From the NCBI GenBank assembly GCA_963718615.1, contig OY970368.1:896001-960000 (forward strand): a stretch of 64,000 bases of DNA, read 5' to 3'. The stretch comes from an uncultured cyanobacterium. Its GTDB lineage: Bacteria; Cyanobacteriota; Cyanobacteriia; PCC-9006; JAAUQQ01. Of this stretch, positions 49,357 through 58,684 are shown piece by piece. Positions within the stretch are counted from its first letter, which is position 1. Each line of letters starts with the position of its first letter. The notes beneath the pieces are model-generated. The model saw nothing but the letters and a program-made list of their open reading frames with translations. It did not search any database and was not told the DNA's origin. The position numbers and the translations under genes were made by a program.

Positions 49357-51981
49357 TTATTCAATTTTAGCAATCACTCGAAACTCATGCCTTGTTGAAG
49401 TGCCTTCAACAATCTCAGCGAAATAAGTTTTTCCACCAATGCGATCCCCTCTTTCTTCAAATTGAACTGTCCCTGTTGCTCCATCAAATTTAATGGTGGT
49501 CATGTTTCGTTGGATGGACTCTCGCGTGAATCCTCCTTGTAAGCTATCTTGTAAGCTATCTTGTAAGCTATCTTGTAAGCTATTGACCAGTGCCAAGACA
49601 GCATCATACGCCATTGGCGTGCGCCAAGTGCCTACAGCAGCACCCCAAAGTTTTTCAGCATCGTTCGCGAATTCTTGAGCCGCTTCAGAAATACTTGGAT
49701 CCCAAGGCGTTAAAACGACTGTTCCCAAAATATTTGTGTTTTCCGCCGCCAGGATTTCACCCAGATACATGGAGGGGCTGGCGACGACATCCTGCAAAGC
49801 TTTTTCCCCTTTTGCATAGTCTAATGCTTTAATAACCTCACTTGTATCCTCCGTCGATGGCACAATAAGGAGTCCGGTTGCTCCATCTTCTGTAAGTGTT
49901 TTCAGAAGCATCTCGTTTAAATCTGCCTGAGTAGCTTCAACACCAGCTTGAGCAACAGGACTGAGAATACTCTGAAAGTCGCAACTTCCTTTTAAGAGTT
50001 CAAAGTTATCATCGCTGGATTCTTTCTGCTTATCAATGATATCGCTTGTGAAGGAGTCACTAAAGAGTGAACCAGAATTGAAGCAAACAGAGACGTTCCC
50101 ACTCAAATTCTCTTTTGCGTACTGAATAAATGCCTCGGCTATCTCTTTATCATTTGGGACTGTTCGAAAAAAGTATTTACTCTTAACAGCTAAATCTGTC
50201 TCGCTGCTGGTGGGAGAGATAATAGTCAAGCCGAAGTCATCATAATCCTTGAGAGCGGCTTCAGTTGTACTGCTCGAATTGTGACCAACGACTGCCAGTA
50301 TGTCAGGGTCAGATCCGAAACTATTAGCCACCTGCGCCGCAACGGCACTTTCATTACCATCATCAGCAATCTCGACCTGTAGCAGGAAACCATTGTTTTG
50401 CATCCCTTCATTGCACGTAACTGTTGATTGCTTATTTCTGATTTCTTCTAAGATATCTGTAATTTCTCCGCAATTCTCCTTTGATTGTGCATGAGCAACC
50501 CCTCGAAGTATTTCTTCTGCCCGATCTTTTGATACGCCACTAATAGGGACGCTTACCCCTATCTTGACTACTTGTACATTTTCACCCTCTTTACGTTGTC
50601 TTTCAGCTTCTGCGTTGTTTAGATAGATAAGAGCTTCTGGATCATTTGGATAGCCCGTAAGCCACGCTTCCAGCACTTGCACAGCGTCTTCATATCTACC
50701 CTCTTGAAAATGGGCTTCAGCTAATTCTCTCAGAGCGTTCAGAGGACTGTCACTGTCACTCGCAATCAAAAACTCTTCGCCAAGACTCTTTCTAGACTCT
50801 GGAAGAGGATTACCGGCTTCAAAGATAGCTTCAAACAGCCTAGCCCCGACAGAGAAAACGAGACTGAATCCTATCAAGGCAACAAAGATATAGCCAACCA
50901 GCGAGGCAATAGGCTTGCGATCTTCGGATGCTGACTCAGGCGTTGATGGAGATGGTTCGGCAGCATCCCTTGGTGGAGGGGCATACGTTCGCGTCCTGCC
51001 TTCGGTTACACTTTCTTCTTCAGAGGAAGCTTCTTCTGTCGAGTCTTTTCTTGTAGGAACTTCTTTTGATAGAGAAGCTCCTCTTCGAAGGAGTGTTGGA
51101 TATTGATGCCCCTTCATACCTTCCATATGAACCGCGTTTCGACCATACTCACATGAATCCTCAATTGGGGTTCCTGCACCGAGTGCATCATAAAAGCCAA
51201 TTGCAAATTCAATCGCTGCCTCATCGCCAATAGCCTTACTCATACCGATGACGTAGTTGATATGCCGACTGATGGCTTCAGCCTGAAACTCGGAGTAACA
51301 AGCATTGAGGACAACGCATTCAACTGTTTCCGAACAGAGTTTAAAGAGATTGGCGAGAGCTTCGCTATCAAGTAAGTGATAAGCCCCTAATCTGTTTTCT
51401 ACCACTAATCCATCTTCGCCAGCACCGTGCCCTGCAAAATGTATCAAGTTTGGTTTACAGTCCAAAATTTTCCGTCTTATATCTTTGGTACGGACTGCGC
51501 CAGCTATTTCTATAGAAAAGTTTGAGGAGTAACGAGATCTTTGAATCGCTTCTTGTATTTCTCGCACTTCCTCATTAAGGGACAACCGCTCCGTATTTTT
51601 AGGATTAGCCGATAATATTAATATTTTCCATGTTTTAGTTGGAGCCTTTACGATAGTAGGACTTGATGTTCCGTGACCGATTTCATACTTACTGATTAAT
51701 GTATCAAGCCATTGCTGGTTCTCAACGCCTGTAAATTGTCTTACGGCTTTTATAAATTTTCCTAAGGCATAAGTTCCATCATCCAGACGACCATAACTCG
51801 ATAATTGCTTAACAATTTGACTAGTTACAACAAACGTATCACCGGATAAATCAATCGTAGCGACAAACTGGCTCAACCCAGCAAAGTCAAGTATTGCCTG
51901 ACGACCAGGTTTCGTAGCTAGCTGTGGCAGATCCTTAAGGAGAATGACGAGGTGCTGGAAATCTTCAGTGCTAAGCTGCAT
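49357..51981 (-). CDS. Cassette-encoded EAD-like / CHAT protease / TM / branched-chain-amino-acid-type periplasmic binding protein fusion
   Basis: N-terminal helical domain resembling EAD8; ILILSANP..IHFAGHG..VVLNACYS..FAIGFYDALGAG (CHAT); TM LVGYIFVALIGFSLVFSV; PNDPEALIYLNNA; VVGHNSS, ISPTSS, YFFRTVPND, MAYDA, GATGTVQF (LivJ-type fold). Confidence 0.88.
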   Translation of the reverse strand: MQLSTEDFQHLVILLKDLPQLATKPGRQAILDFAGLSQFVATIDLSGDTFVVTSQIVKQLSSYGRLDDGTYALGKFIKAVRQFTGVENQQWLDTLISKYEIGHGTSSPTIVKAPTKTWKILILSANPKNTERLSLNEEVREIQEAIQRSRYSSNFSIEIAGAVRTKDIRRKILDCKPNLIHFAGHGAGEDGLVVENRLGAYHLLDSEALANLFKLCSETVECVVLNACYSEFQAEAISRHINYVIGMSKAIGDEAAIEFAIGFYDALGAGTPIEDSCEYGRNAVHMEGMKGHQYPTLLRRGASLSKEVPTRKDSTEEASSEEESVTEGRTRTYAPPPRDAAEPSPSTPESASEDRKPIASLVGYIFVALIGFSLVFSVGARLFEAIFEAGNPLPESRKSLGEEFLIASDSDSPLNALRELAEAHFQEGRYEDAVQVLEAWLTGYPNDPEALIYLNNAEAERQRKEGENVQVVKIGVSVPISGVSKDRAEEILRGVAHAQSKENCGEITDILEEIRNKQSTVTCNEGMQNNGFLLQVEIADDGNESAVAAQVANSFGSDPDILAVVGHNSSSTTEAALKDYDDFGLTIISPTSSETDLAVKSKYFFRTVPNDKEIAEAFIQYAKENLSGNVSVCFNSGSLFSDSFTSDIIDKQKESSDDNFELLKGSCDFQSILSPVAQAGVEATQADLNEMLLKTLTEDGATGLLIVPSTEDTSEVIKALDYAKGEKALQDVVASPSMYLGEILAAENTNILGTVVLTPWDPSISEAAQEFANDAEKLWGAAVGTWRTPMAYDAVLALVNSLQDSLQDSLQDSLQGGFTRESIQRNMTTIKFDGATGTVQFEERGDRIGGKTYFAEIVEGTSTRHEFRVIAKIE
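49536..49583. repeat. 12-bp perfect tandem repeat x4
   Basis: CTTGTAAGCTAT x4, encoding SLQD repeats. Confidence 0.95.
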
Positions 51982-52279
51982 GTCTAGCGATCTTCCTCAA
52001 AGGACAACGAGGGAACGTACCCGGATTTCAGGATCTCTAACGCTTGGAACTACTTACAAAATTCGGCTCATGTTAATGGAAATGTTGACAGGAAAGTGTT
52101 TTGATAAACACCTAGACGCAATTTTAAGAGAATTCTGATCTTTTTTCACAATTTCGCCAAGTTTATTAGCGTGAATTCCCAATTGTTCCAATACTGTGAC
52201 TTCTGTCACTAAACTGCATGACGAAATGCTGCGTGACAAGCAGATGAACTTCAAGTACCTTCACAACAGAGGACTAGCA

Positions 52280-52395
52280 GCATAACGATTTAGCTCAGCC
52301 GCGCCAAGAAATCTAGCTATTATCAACGCATGTTGATAGCGCGGCTGGCTCATCAATCCTTTTTTTGTGGCGTCGGTTGCAGCGATGTGTTAATT
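52280..52395 (-). other. attC site (116 bp)
   Basis: Minus strand AATTAAC-acatc-GCTGCAACCGACGCC...GGCGCGGCTGAGC-taaatc-GTTATGC: R''/L''/L'/R' layout with two unpaired bases, as in canonical attC sites. Confidence 0.9.
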
Positions 52396-52424
52396 CGTAG
52401 CGGAGTTGTTTACAGTGTTCCCAA

Positions 52425-52450
52425 GCGCTAACATTAAATCTATAGGCAAG
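52425..52450 (-). other. Putative attI recombination site
   Basis: Minus strand TTGCCTATAGATTTAAT-GTTAGCGC; GTT core between the intI upstream region and the first attC. Confidence 0.6.
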
Positions 52451-52490
52451 CCTCCTCAGTGATTCATATTTCCGCTGCGATTTAACTCTT

Positions 52491-52627
52491 AATAGGCAGA
52501 AATTTTCTGTATATCATCCTCATAGAGCATGATAGCCAGAAACTTTCTACATATCCCCTAGACGATATCCCGAAACTTTCCGTATAACCCGCATATAGGG
52601 GTGATAGGCAGAAATATTCTTCATATC
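52491..52627. repeat. Four imperfect palindromic 25-bp repeats between attI and intI
   Basis: AATAGGCAGAAATTTTCTGTATATC (52491), GATAGCCAGAAACTTTCTACATATC (52531), GATATCCCGAAACTTTCCGTATAAC (52564), GATAGGCAGAAATATTCTTCATATC (52603). Confidence 0.85.
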
Positions 52628-52634
52628 GCCCACC

Positions 52635-53606
52635 ATGGAAAACCGGCCTAAGAAGCTCCTAGAACAGGTTAGTGAGCAAATTCGCCTTAAACACTACTCT
52701 TATCGTACCGAGGAAACCTATATTCAGTGGATAAAACGTTACATTCTGTTTCACAATAAGCGTCATCCTAAGGATATGGGAGTCCCAGAAATTGAAGCAT
52801 TCCTAGGCCATCTGGCTGTCGAGGGAAAAGTCGCAGCCTCAACCCAAAATCAAGCGCTCAGCGCAATACTTTTCCTCTATCAACACGTCCTCAAACAAGA
52901 CCTAGACGGGCAAGTTGATGCAATCCGAGCCAAACGCCCTCACTACTTGCCGACTGTTCTTACCCCAGAAGAAGTTCGGGCCATCCTAACCCAGATGTCT
53001 GGCGTTCACCGACTCATTGTTCAAATCCTCTACGGGAGTGGTCTTAGGCAGACTGAATGTCTGAAATTACGCGTGAAAGACCTCGATTTCCAACAATCTC
53101 AAATTATTGTCAGGATGGGCAAAGGTGGCAAAGACCGCGTCACACCACTTCCTCAAAAGCTCACTGAGCCCCTACAGGAACACCTCCAAGCCATTCGCCG
53201 CCTCCACCAGCAAGATCTAGACCGTGGCTATGGACAAGTTCCACTCCCTTTTGCTATGGCCAAAAAACATCCTCATGCAGGACGGGACTGGCTCTGGCAG
53301 TTTGTCTTTCCGGCCATCAATATCAAAAAAGACGATAGTGCTCCCTTCCCTTACCGCCATCCACTCCACGAAACAGGTATCCAAAAAGCGCTCAAAGCAG
53401 CAACCTGTCTTGCAGGAATACAAAAGCGTGTGAGTTGCCACACCTTCCGCCACAGCTTCGCCCCCCATCTCCTACAAAACGGCTACGACATCCGCACCGT
53501 CCAAGAACTGTTGGGCCACAAAGATGTCAAGACAACCATGATCTACACCCATGTCCTCAATCGCGGAGGCCGAGGCGTTCGCAGTCCACTGGATATCACC
53601 TCGTAA
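52635..53606 (+). CDS. intI: Integron integrase (tyrosine recombinase)
   Basis: [45 protein letters not shown], IntI patch [51 protein letters not shown]. Confidence 0.96.
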   Translation: MENRPKKLLEQVSEQIRLKHYSYRTEETYIQWIKRYILFHNKRHPKDMGVPEIEAFLGHLAVEGKVAASTQNQALSAILFLYQHVLKQDLDGQVDAIRAKRPHYLPTVLTPEEVRAILTQMSGVHRLIVQILYGSGLRQTECLKLRVKDLDFQQSQIIVRMGKGGKDRVTPLPQKLTEPLQEHLQAIRRLHQQDLDRGYGQVPLPFAMAKKHPHAGRDWLWQFVFPAINIKKDDSAPFPYRHPLHETGIQKALKAATCLAGIQKRVSCHTFRHSFAPHLLQNGYDIRTVQELLGHKDVKTTMIYTHVLNRGGRGVRSPLDITS

Positions 53607-54759
53607 TCTGGTCCACCACCCACCGAGCCGAAGCCGGAGCCAACAAAACACCATTGCGATAATGGCCCGTCGCCAGCAAAACATTGTCATAGCCCTGGAG
53701 CGTTTCCAAAATCGGAGCCGGACGGCCCTGGGGGCGGGGACGCAGACCCGACCAAGCGCGGACGATTTCCCCCTGGGCGAGGTCCGGGCAGAGCGCGATC
53801 GCCCCCCGCCACACCTGATCCAGCAAAGATTTATCCGCGATCGCCGCCATCCCCCCATCATCCGGCAATTCCACCGTCGCTCCCACCCAATATTCCGCCG
53901 CCTTAGGCGAAAGTTCCGTCTCCGTCATCCAGGGCTTCAGGAGCGGCACGATATGAATATCCTGGCCCGTAACCACCGGTTGCAGATGATCACCGCCCAA
54001 GGGCCGAGGCAACCACACCTGCAAGGCTTGGCCTAACACCGGACGAACCTCCAAAGGCGTTTGCAAACAACGGGTCAACGCCATCGAGCCCAACCCAGCG
54101 GTGATCACGACAATATCTGCCGGTTCAGAATCCTCCGCCCAGCAGACCTGGGTACAGTGGAGCAACGGGGAATCGAGGGCATCGGACGGGTTGGGGGTCA
54201 GGGTCGTGAGAAAAGCATCCACGGCGGCATCAAACCGGAAGCGTACGCCTCGCCGTTGGGCCGCTGTGACGAGGGCTTGGGTGAGCGCGGTGGGATCGAC
54301 CTGGCGATCGCCCTCAGAATACACCCCACCGATCAAATCTGGTCGCTGAGCATTGACTTGGGGATAGCGCTCCTGGAGGCGATCGCGGTCGAGGAGTTCC
54401 AGGGCAAAGCCCTGGTCTTGGCGGCTGGTTTGGAGCGATCGCCACCGCTCCCAGTCATCCCCCTCAAACAGCAATTTCAAAATGCCCTGGCGATTAAACG
54501 GCACATGCTGACCCGTCGCCGCTTCGAGCTCTGGAATCAGTTGCTCATAGCGCGCCAGACTCTCCCGCCGCAGTTGCCACTGGCGTCCTTTGACCTTATG
54601 GCTGATCACGCCCATGAGTACCCCCAAAGCCGCCGCCGTGCAGGCTTGGGCCGGGGGCTGGCGATCGAGCACCGTAATCTTTAATCCTGGAATATGGCTG
54701 AGTTCATAGGCCGTCATTGCCCCTACAACCCCGCAGCCGATAAGAGTCACCCGAGTCAC
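53596..54759 (-). CDS. FAD-dependent oxidoreductase (glycine oxidase/DadA family)
   Basis: [31 protein letters not shown]. Confidence 0.9.
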   Translation of the reverse strand: MTRVTLIGCGVVGAMTAYELSHIPGLKITVLDRQPPAQACTAAALGVLMGVISHKVKGRQWQLRRESLARYEQLIPELEAATGQHVPFNRQGILKLLFEGDDWERWRSLQTSRQDQGFALELLDRDRLQERYPQVNAQRPDLIGGVYSEGDRQVDPTALTQALVTAAQRRGVRFRFDAAVDAFLTTLTPNPSDALDSPLLHCTQVCWAEDSEPADIVVITAGLGSMALTRCLQTPLEVRPVLGQALQVWLPRPLGGDHLQPVVTGQDIHIVPLLKPWMTETELSPKAAEYWVGATVELPDDGGMAAIADKSLLDQVWRGAIALCPDLAQGEIVRAWSGLRPRPQGRPAPILETLQGYDNVLLATGHYRNGVLLAPASARWVVDQITR

Positions 54760-54879
54760 GTCCGTCCGTCCCCTTAAGGATTCGCTTTAATCATGAGACC
54801 CCACCGCCATCCGTTTGGGTAGGAGACGATGGGGTCAATGGGCATAGGGGGTATCACCCCATAAAGCTGGTTTGGGCGT

Positions 54880-56301
54880 CTATTCACCGTTGGAGGGGTC
54901 GGAGGTTGTGGCGATCGCCGCTTCTGCCGGTTGAACCGCAACCTCACCGCTGTCTCGATCAAAGGCAAACCGCAACAGCGGCGGAGCCAGGAACGTCGTC
55001 AAAATCACCATGACGATAATCGCCGCATTCAGCGAATCCGACAGGGCTCCACTGGCCGCGCCAACCCCAGCAAAGACCAAGCCCACCTCGCCCCGAGGAA
55101 TCATGCCAAAACCAATGGCTAGCTTGTTGACCTTTTCCGGGCCAAAGACCGTAAAGCCAGTGACAACCTTACCGATAATCGCCACGACAATCAAAAAGGC
55201 CGCAATAATCAAGCCCTCGCGGTTGCTTGGGTCCATCGGATTGAGCACCGACAGCTCGGTTTTGGCCCCGACACTGATGAAGAAAATCGGCACCAACACA
55301 TCGGCGATCGGCACCACCTGTTCTTCTAGCTCATGGCGTTTTTCGGTTTCGCCCAAAATCAAGCCCGCCGCAAAGGCTCCCAGAATCGCCTCTAGGTGAA
55401 TGACTGCACCGATATAGGACAACACCAGCGCCACGATCAGCGCCGCCACCAGGAGCTGACCGCGAGTTTTCATTTCGTTGACTACGCCCAGAAAATAGGG
55501 AGCCAACAGCCGCCCCACCACAATCGTGCCGATCAAAAAGGCCGCCGCGCTAAAAATCAGCAGCGCCACGTTGGTGAGCTTCACTTCGCCGGTTTTGGCC
55601 AAGCTCGCCACCACCGCCAGGACCACAATCCCGAGAATATCGTCGAGAATCGCCGCGCCAATAATAATTTGGCCTTCCCGCGAGCTGAGCTGGCGTAGTT
55701 CTGACAACACCTTGGCGGTAATGCCAATACTCGTTGCCGTCAGCGCCGCCCCCGCAAAGATCGCCGGGACCGTGGGCATGTTAAACAGCGCAATCAACCC
55801 CAGTGTCCCCAGGGCAAAGGGCGTCACCACCCCCACCACAGCCACCACGGCAGCCTGGGGACCGACCTTGATGAGTTCCTTCAGGTCCGACTCTAGGCCA
55901 ATTTCAAACAGGAGCAAAATAACCCCCATCTCGGCCAAGACGGAGATAACTTCACTTTGGGCCTTAAAGACCTCGGTGGCGATCGCCGGGGTCAATCCCG
56001 CTGTCTTTTCCAACATGCCGATCAGCATCGAGTCGGCGGCAACGGCTCCAGATTCCGGGAAGACCAGCAGATGCAGGGCCGAAACCCCCACCACCACGCC
56101 CCCCACCAATTCTCCGAGAACCGGCGGCAGATTAATGCGAGCACAGAGCTCCCCGCCAATTTTGCTGGCCAAAAAGACCACGACTAAACTGAGCAAAACC
56201 CCGGCAAGGACCAGCGGTGCCACTTCAGCCGAGGGGGCCTCGGCGGCTTCGGCCAAAAACCGCAGAGGCGTAAGGGTAGACGGAAGATCAAAAACGGACA
56301 T
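54880..56301 (-). CDS. nhaS3: CPA2 family Na+/H+ antiporter (NhaS3-like)
   Basis: LPPVLGEL, LFEIGLESD, ATSIGIT, AAILDDILG, GMIPRGEVGL; ATG 56301 preferred. Confidence 0.88.
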   Translation of the reverse strand: MSVFDLPSTLTPLRFLAEAAEAPSAEVAPLVLAGVLLSLVVVFLASKIGGELCARINLPPVLGELVGGVVVGVSALHLLVFPESGAVAADSMLIGMLEKTAGLTPAIATEVFKAQSEVISVLAEMGVILLLFEIGLESDLKELIKVGPQAAVVAVVGVVTPFALGTLGLIALFNMPTVPAIFAGAALTATSIGITAKVLSELRQLSSREGQIIIGAAILDDILGIVVLAVVASLAKTGEVKLTNVALLIFSAAAFLIGTIVVGRLLAPYFLGVVNEMKTRGQLLVAALIVALVLSYIGAVIHLEAILGAFAAGLILGETEKRHELEEQVVPIADVLVPIFFISVGAKTELSVLNPMDPSNREGLIIAAFLIVVAIIGKVVTGFTVFGPEKVNKLAIGFGMIPRGEVGLVFAGVGAASGALSDSLNAAIIVMVILTTFLAPPLLRFAFDRDSGEVAVQPAEAAIATTSDPSNGE

Positions 56302-56551
56302 GATAAATCGGTCCTGCAAACCGGTTTGCTTTGACGGTTCACTGAGGCGAATCACCTAGGCGAATCACCCAGTGAACGGAAACTATCAGAAACTATCAAT
56401 TGAGCTGGGCAATTGAAATCCCCTCAACAATGGGTTTATTTTCTATCAACCTGAGGATTTTGGCCCATCTGCTTCTGGATCCATTGGATTTGATCATCAA
56501 TGGGTTAAGTTATTTCTTCAGCTATCCGTTACACAATCCCTCGGCGATCGC

Positions 56552-57370
56552 TTAAGCAAAAATGCGGTGCTGGAGTGACGGCATTTGTCGACGCACCTGG
56601 CTGAGACGGTTGGGGTCGATGGGGGCGATCGCCACCCCCGGTTTTTCTCCAGCGTCTGCCAAAATCACCCCCCAGGGATCCACAATCATGGCGTGGCCGT
56701 GGGTTTGACGACGGGCGTAGTGCTGGCCGGTCTGGGCTGGAGCAATGATGTAGCACGTATTTTCGATCGCCCGCGCCTGGAGCAAAATCTTCCAGTGGTC
56801 CTTGCCCGTATAGGCCGTAAACGCCGCCGGGACAAACAGGACCTCCGCACCAGTTTTGGACAAATGGCGATAGAGTTCCGGGAAGCGCACGTCATAGCAA
56901 ACCGAGAGCCCTAGCTTGCCAAACTGTTCGGAATCCACTAAAACGGGCAATTGGCGACCGGGCTGGACCGTGCTGGATTCCCGGTAGGTATTGCCATCGG
57001 GCAGATCTACATCAAACAGGTGAACCTTTTCGTAGCGGCTGAGATCTTGGCCATCGGGACCCACAAGTAGCGCCGTGTTGTGCACTTGGCCTTGGCCCAC
57101 AGGCACCGGGAAGCCGCCCCCTAGGATCGTCACCTGGTAGCGCTGGGCCATGGTTTTGAGGAATTTGCTGGCGTCCTGGGCGATCGCCCCCGCCTGGGCA
57201 ATTTTTTCTTCTTCTTCGCCCATAAAGGCAAAGTTCTCGGGGAGACTGATCAGCTCGGCCCCCTGGTGAACCGCCAGATCGATTAGTTCTTCTGCCTGAA
57301 CTAGGTTTTTCGCCAGGTTTGGCAGACTGGTCATTTGAATGGCAGCGGCCAGATAAGACTTCATGGGCAT
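56552..57370 (-). CDS. Carbon-nitrogen hydrolase (Nit1 / deaminated glutathione amidase family)
   Basis: LPENF, YEKVHLFDV, VCYDVRFPELYR, ARAIEN catalytic E-K-C motifs. Confidence 0.92.
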   Translation of the reverse strand: MPMKSYLAAAIQMTSLPNLAKNLVQAEELIDLAVHQGAELISLPENFAFMGEEEEKIAQAGAIAQDASKFLKTMAQRYQVTILGGGFPVPVGQGQVHNTALLVGPDGQDLSRYEKVHLFDVDLPDGNTYRESSTVQPGRQLPVLVDSEQFGKLGLSVCYDVRFPELYRHLSKTGAEVLFVPAAFTAYTGKDHWKILLQARAIENTCYIIAPAQTGQHYARRQTHGHAMIVDPWGVILADAGEKPGVAIAPIDPNRLSQVRRQMPSLQHRIFA

Positions 57371-57514
57371 GGGACGAGGAGTAAGGTGAGGGATAGATTA
57401 CCTCTAGGTTTCACCGGACAATAACCGTTTTTAGCAGCTCAAGCGAAAATCTCCAGCGGTACCGATCGGCGTCAAATCCCGAACAGGGATTATAGTTCAA
57501 ACCCGTGACTCCTG

Positions 57515-58204
57515 TTGTATTCCCACTGTTTTATTCCGACTATCCATTACTGCGAACCTTTTGCGGTTACTCGAAATATGTTGAATCGTTCTGTGAGGCT
57601 GGAGGCGATCGCCTCCCTTCTGACGGGTGTTTTCCGAAACCCGGACCAAGCCTTGGAAAATCCAGCTTGGTTTGTCCATTTGCAGCTTTGGCAGCGCCGA
57701 ACGCCGCTATTCGCAGCGGATAGTGTGACGTTGTTTTTGGAACAGGCCAATGTGCTTTATCTGGATCGGCCCTATCGTCAACGGCTGCTGCGACTAACGG
57801 AGGAAGCTGGCCAGGTTTGGGGGCAGTATTACCAGTTCCAGGATTTTTCCCGATGGCGGGGTTGTGGGGAAGCGTCGGAGCGATTGCAGGGGCTGATGCT
57901 GGCGGATGTGGCGGAGTTGCCCGGTTGTCGAGTGGCGATCGCCCCAGTCCCAACCGGAGACCCAACCAGAGACCCGACCGGAGACCCGACGGAAGAATGG
58001 CAGGCGCGGCTCGTACCGGGAGGCTGTTGCGAATTTGAGTACGAGGGTCAAAAGCGCCAGGTTTTAGTGGGGTTTGATGTGGCAGAAACTGAGGCAGGGG
58101 TGAGTCTCAAAACCTATGATAAGGGCATCGATCCGGAGACGGGGCAGGGGCTATGGGGCGCGTTGATGGGTCCCTATGAGTTTTGGAAGCTGGGAGACCG
58201 TTAA
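57515..58204 (+). CDS. CpcT/CpeT family phycobiliprotein lyase
   Basis: NPDQALENPAWFVHL, PYRQRLL, YDKGIDPETG..LWGALMGPYEF; start probably ATG 57578. Confidence 0.88.
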   Translation: MYSHCFIPTIHYCEPFAVTRNMLNRSVRLEAIASLLTGVFRNPDQALENPAWFVHLQLWQRRTPLFAADSVTLFLEQANVLYLDRPYRQRLLRLTEEAGQVWGQYYQFQDFSRWRGCGEASERLQGLMLADVAELPGCRVAIAPVPTGDPTRDPTGDPTEEWQARLVPGGCCEFEYEGQKRQVLVGFDVAETEAGVSLKTYDKGIDPETGQGLWGALMGPYEFWKLGDR

Positions 58205-58265
58205 AGGAGATCGTTCAAGGAGATTGTTAAAATAGGAATATTGCTGTCTTGCTCAGGAGATTGCT

Positions 58266-58643
58266 ATGCAACCGATCCCAAAATCTTATTCGGACACGCC
58301 CGCATCCCTTGCTTCACCATCCCCTGCTTCAGTGCCGCCCCCAACTGCCGACCCTTGGGCAGAAGCACTGCCAGCAGAAGCACAATCCGTGGAAAATCCG
58401 TCCGTGGAAAATCCGTCCGAGCCTTCCGCCTTGCTCGACTCTCCAGCCTTTCCGCTGCTTTTGCTAATTTGTATGGCAGTAGTGGTCGTCCAGGCTGCCG
58501 TTGAGCTCCTCGTGGAACTGGGTGTGGTCCTTGTGGTTTTGGTTCAATGGGGCGTCCGTCGCTATCAAGCGCAGGGGCACAGCAATCAACCGCCCTTTGG
58601 CGAAACTTCTGTTGCTCATCTGGCCCCTCTCGCCATGAGTTAG
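58266..58643 (+). CDS. Hypothetical membrane protein
   Basis: GGAG RBS, Pro/Ser-rich N-terminus followed by a long hydrophobic stretch. Confidence 0.5.
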   Translation: MQPIPKSYSDTPASLASPSPASVPPPTADPWAEALPAEAQSVENPSVENPSEPSALLDSPAFPLLLLICMAVVVVQAAVELLVELGVVLVVLVQWGVRRYQAQGHSNQPPFGETSVAHLAPLAMS

Positions 58644-58684
58644 TACTTGAGTTAATACAGGGGGGATGGTGGGTTGCATCGCCC

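Noticed and set aside
52054-52254. 66-aa ORF in the cassette 2 leader
   Set aside because: TTG start and no recognisable motif; treated as non-coding leader, though a small partner protein cannot be excluded.
52491-52627. Palindromic repeats read as a mini CRISPR array
   Set aside because: Spacers are only 8-15 bp, the repeats are degenerate and there are no cas genes; the position at attI/intI explains them better.
55526-56359. Long antisense ORFs (for example 55526-56359, 15969-16679, 39549-40232, 41734-42564)
   Set aside because: Shadow frames opposite well-supported GC-rich genes, with no motifs of their own.
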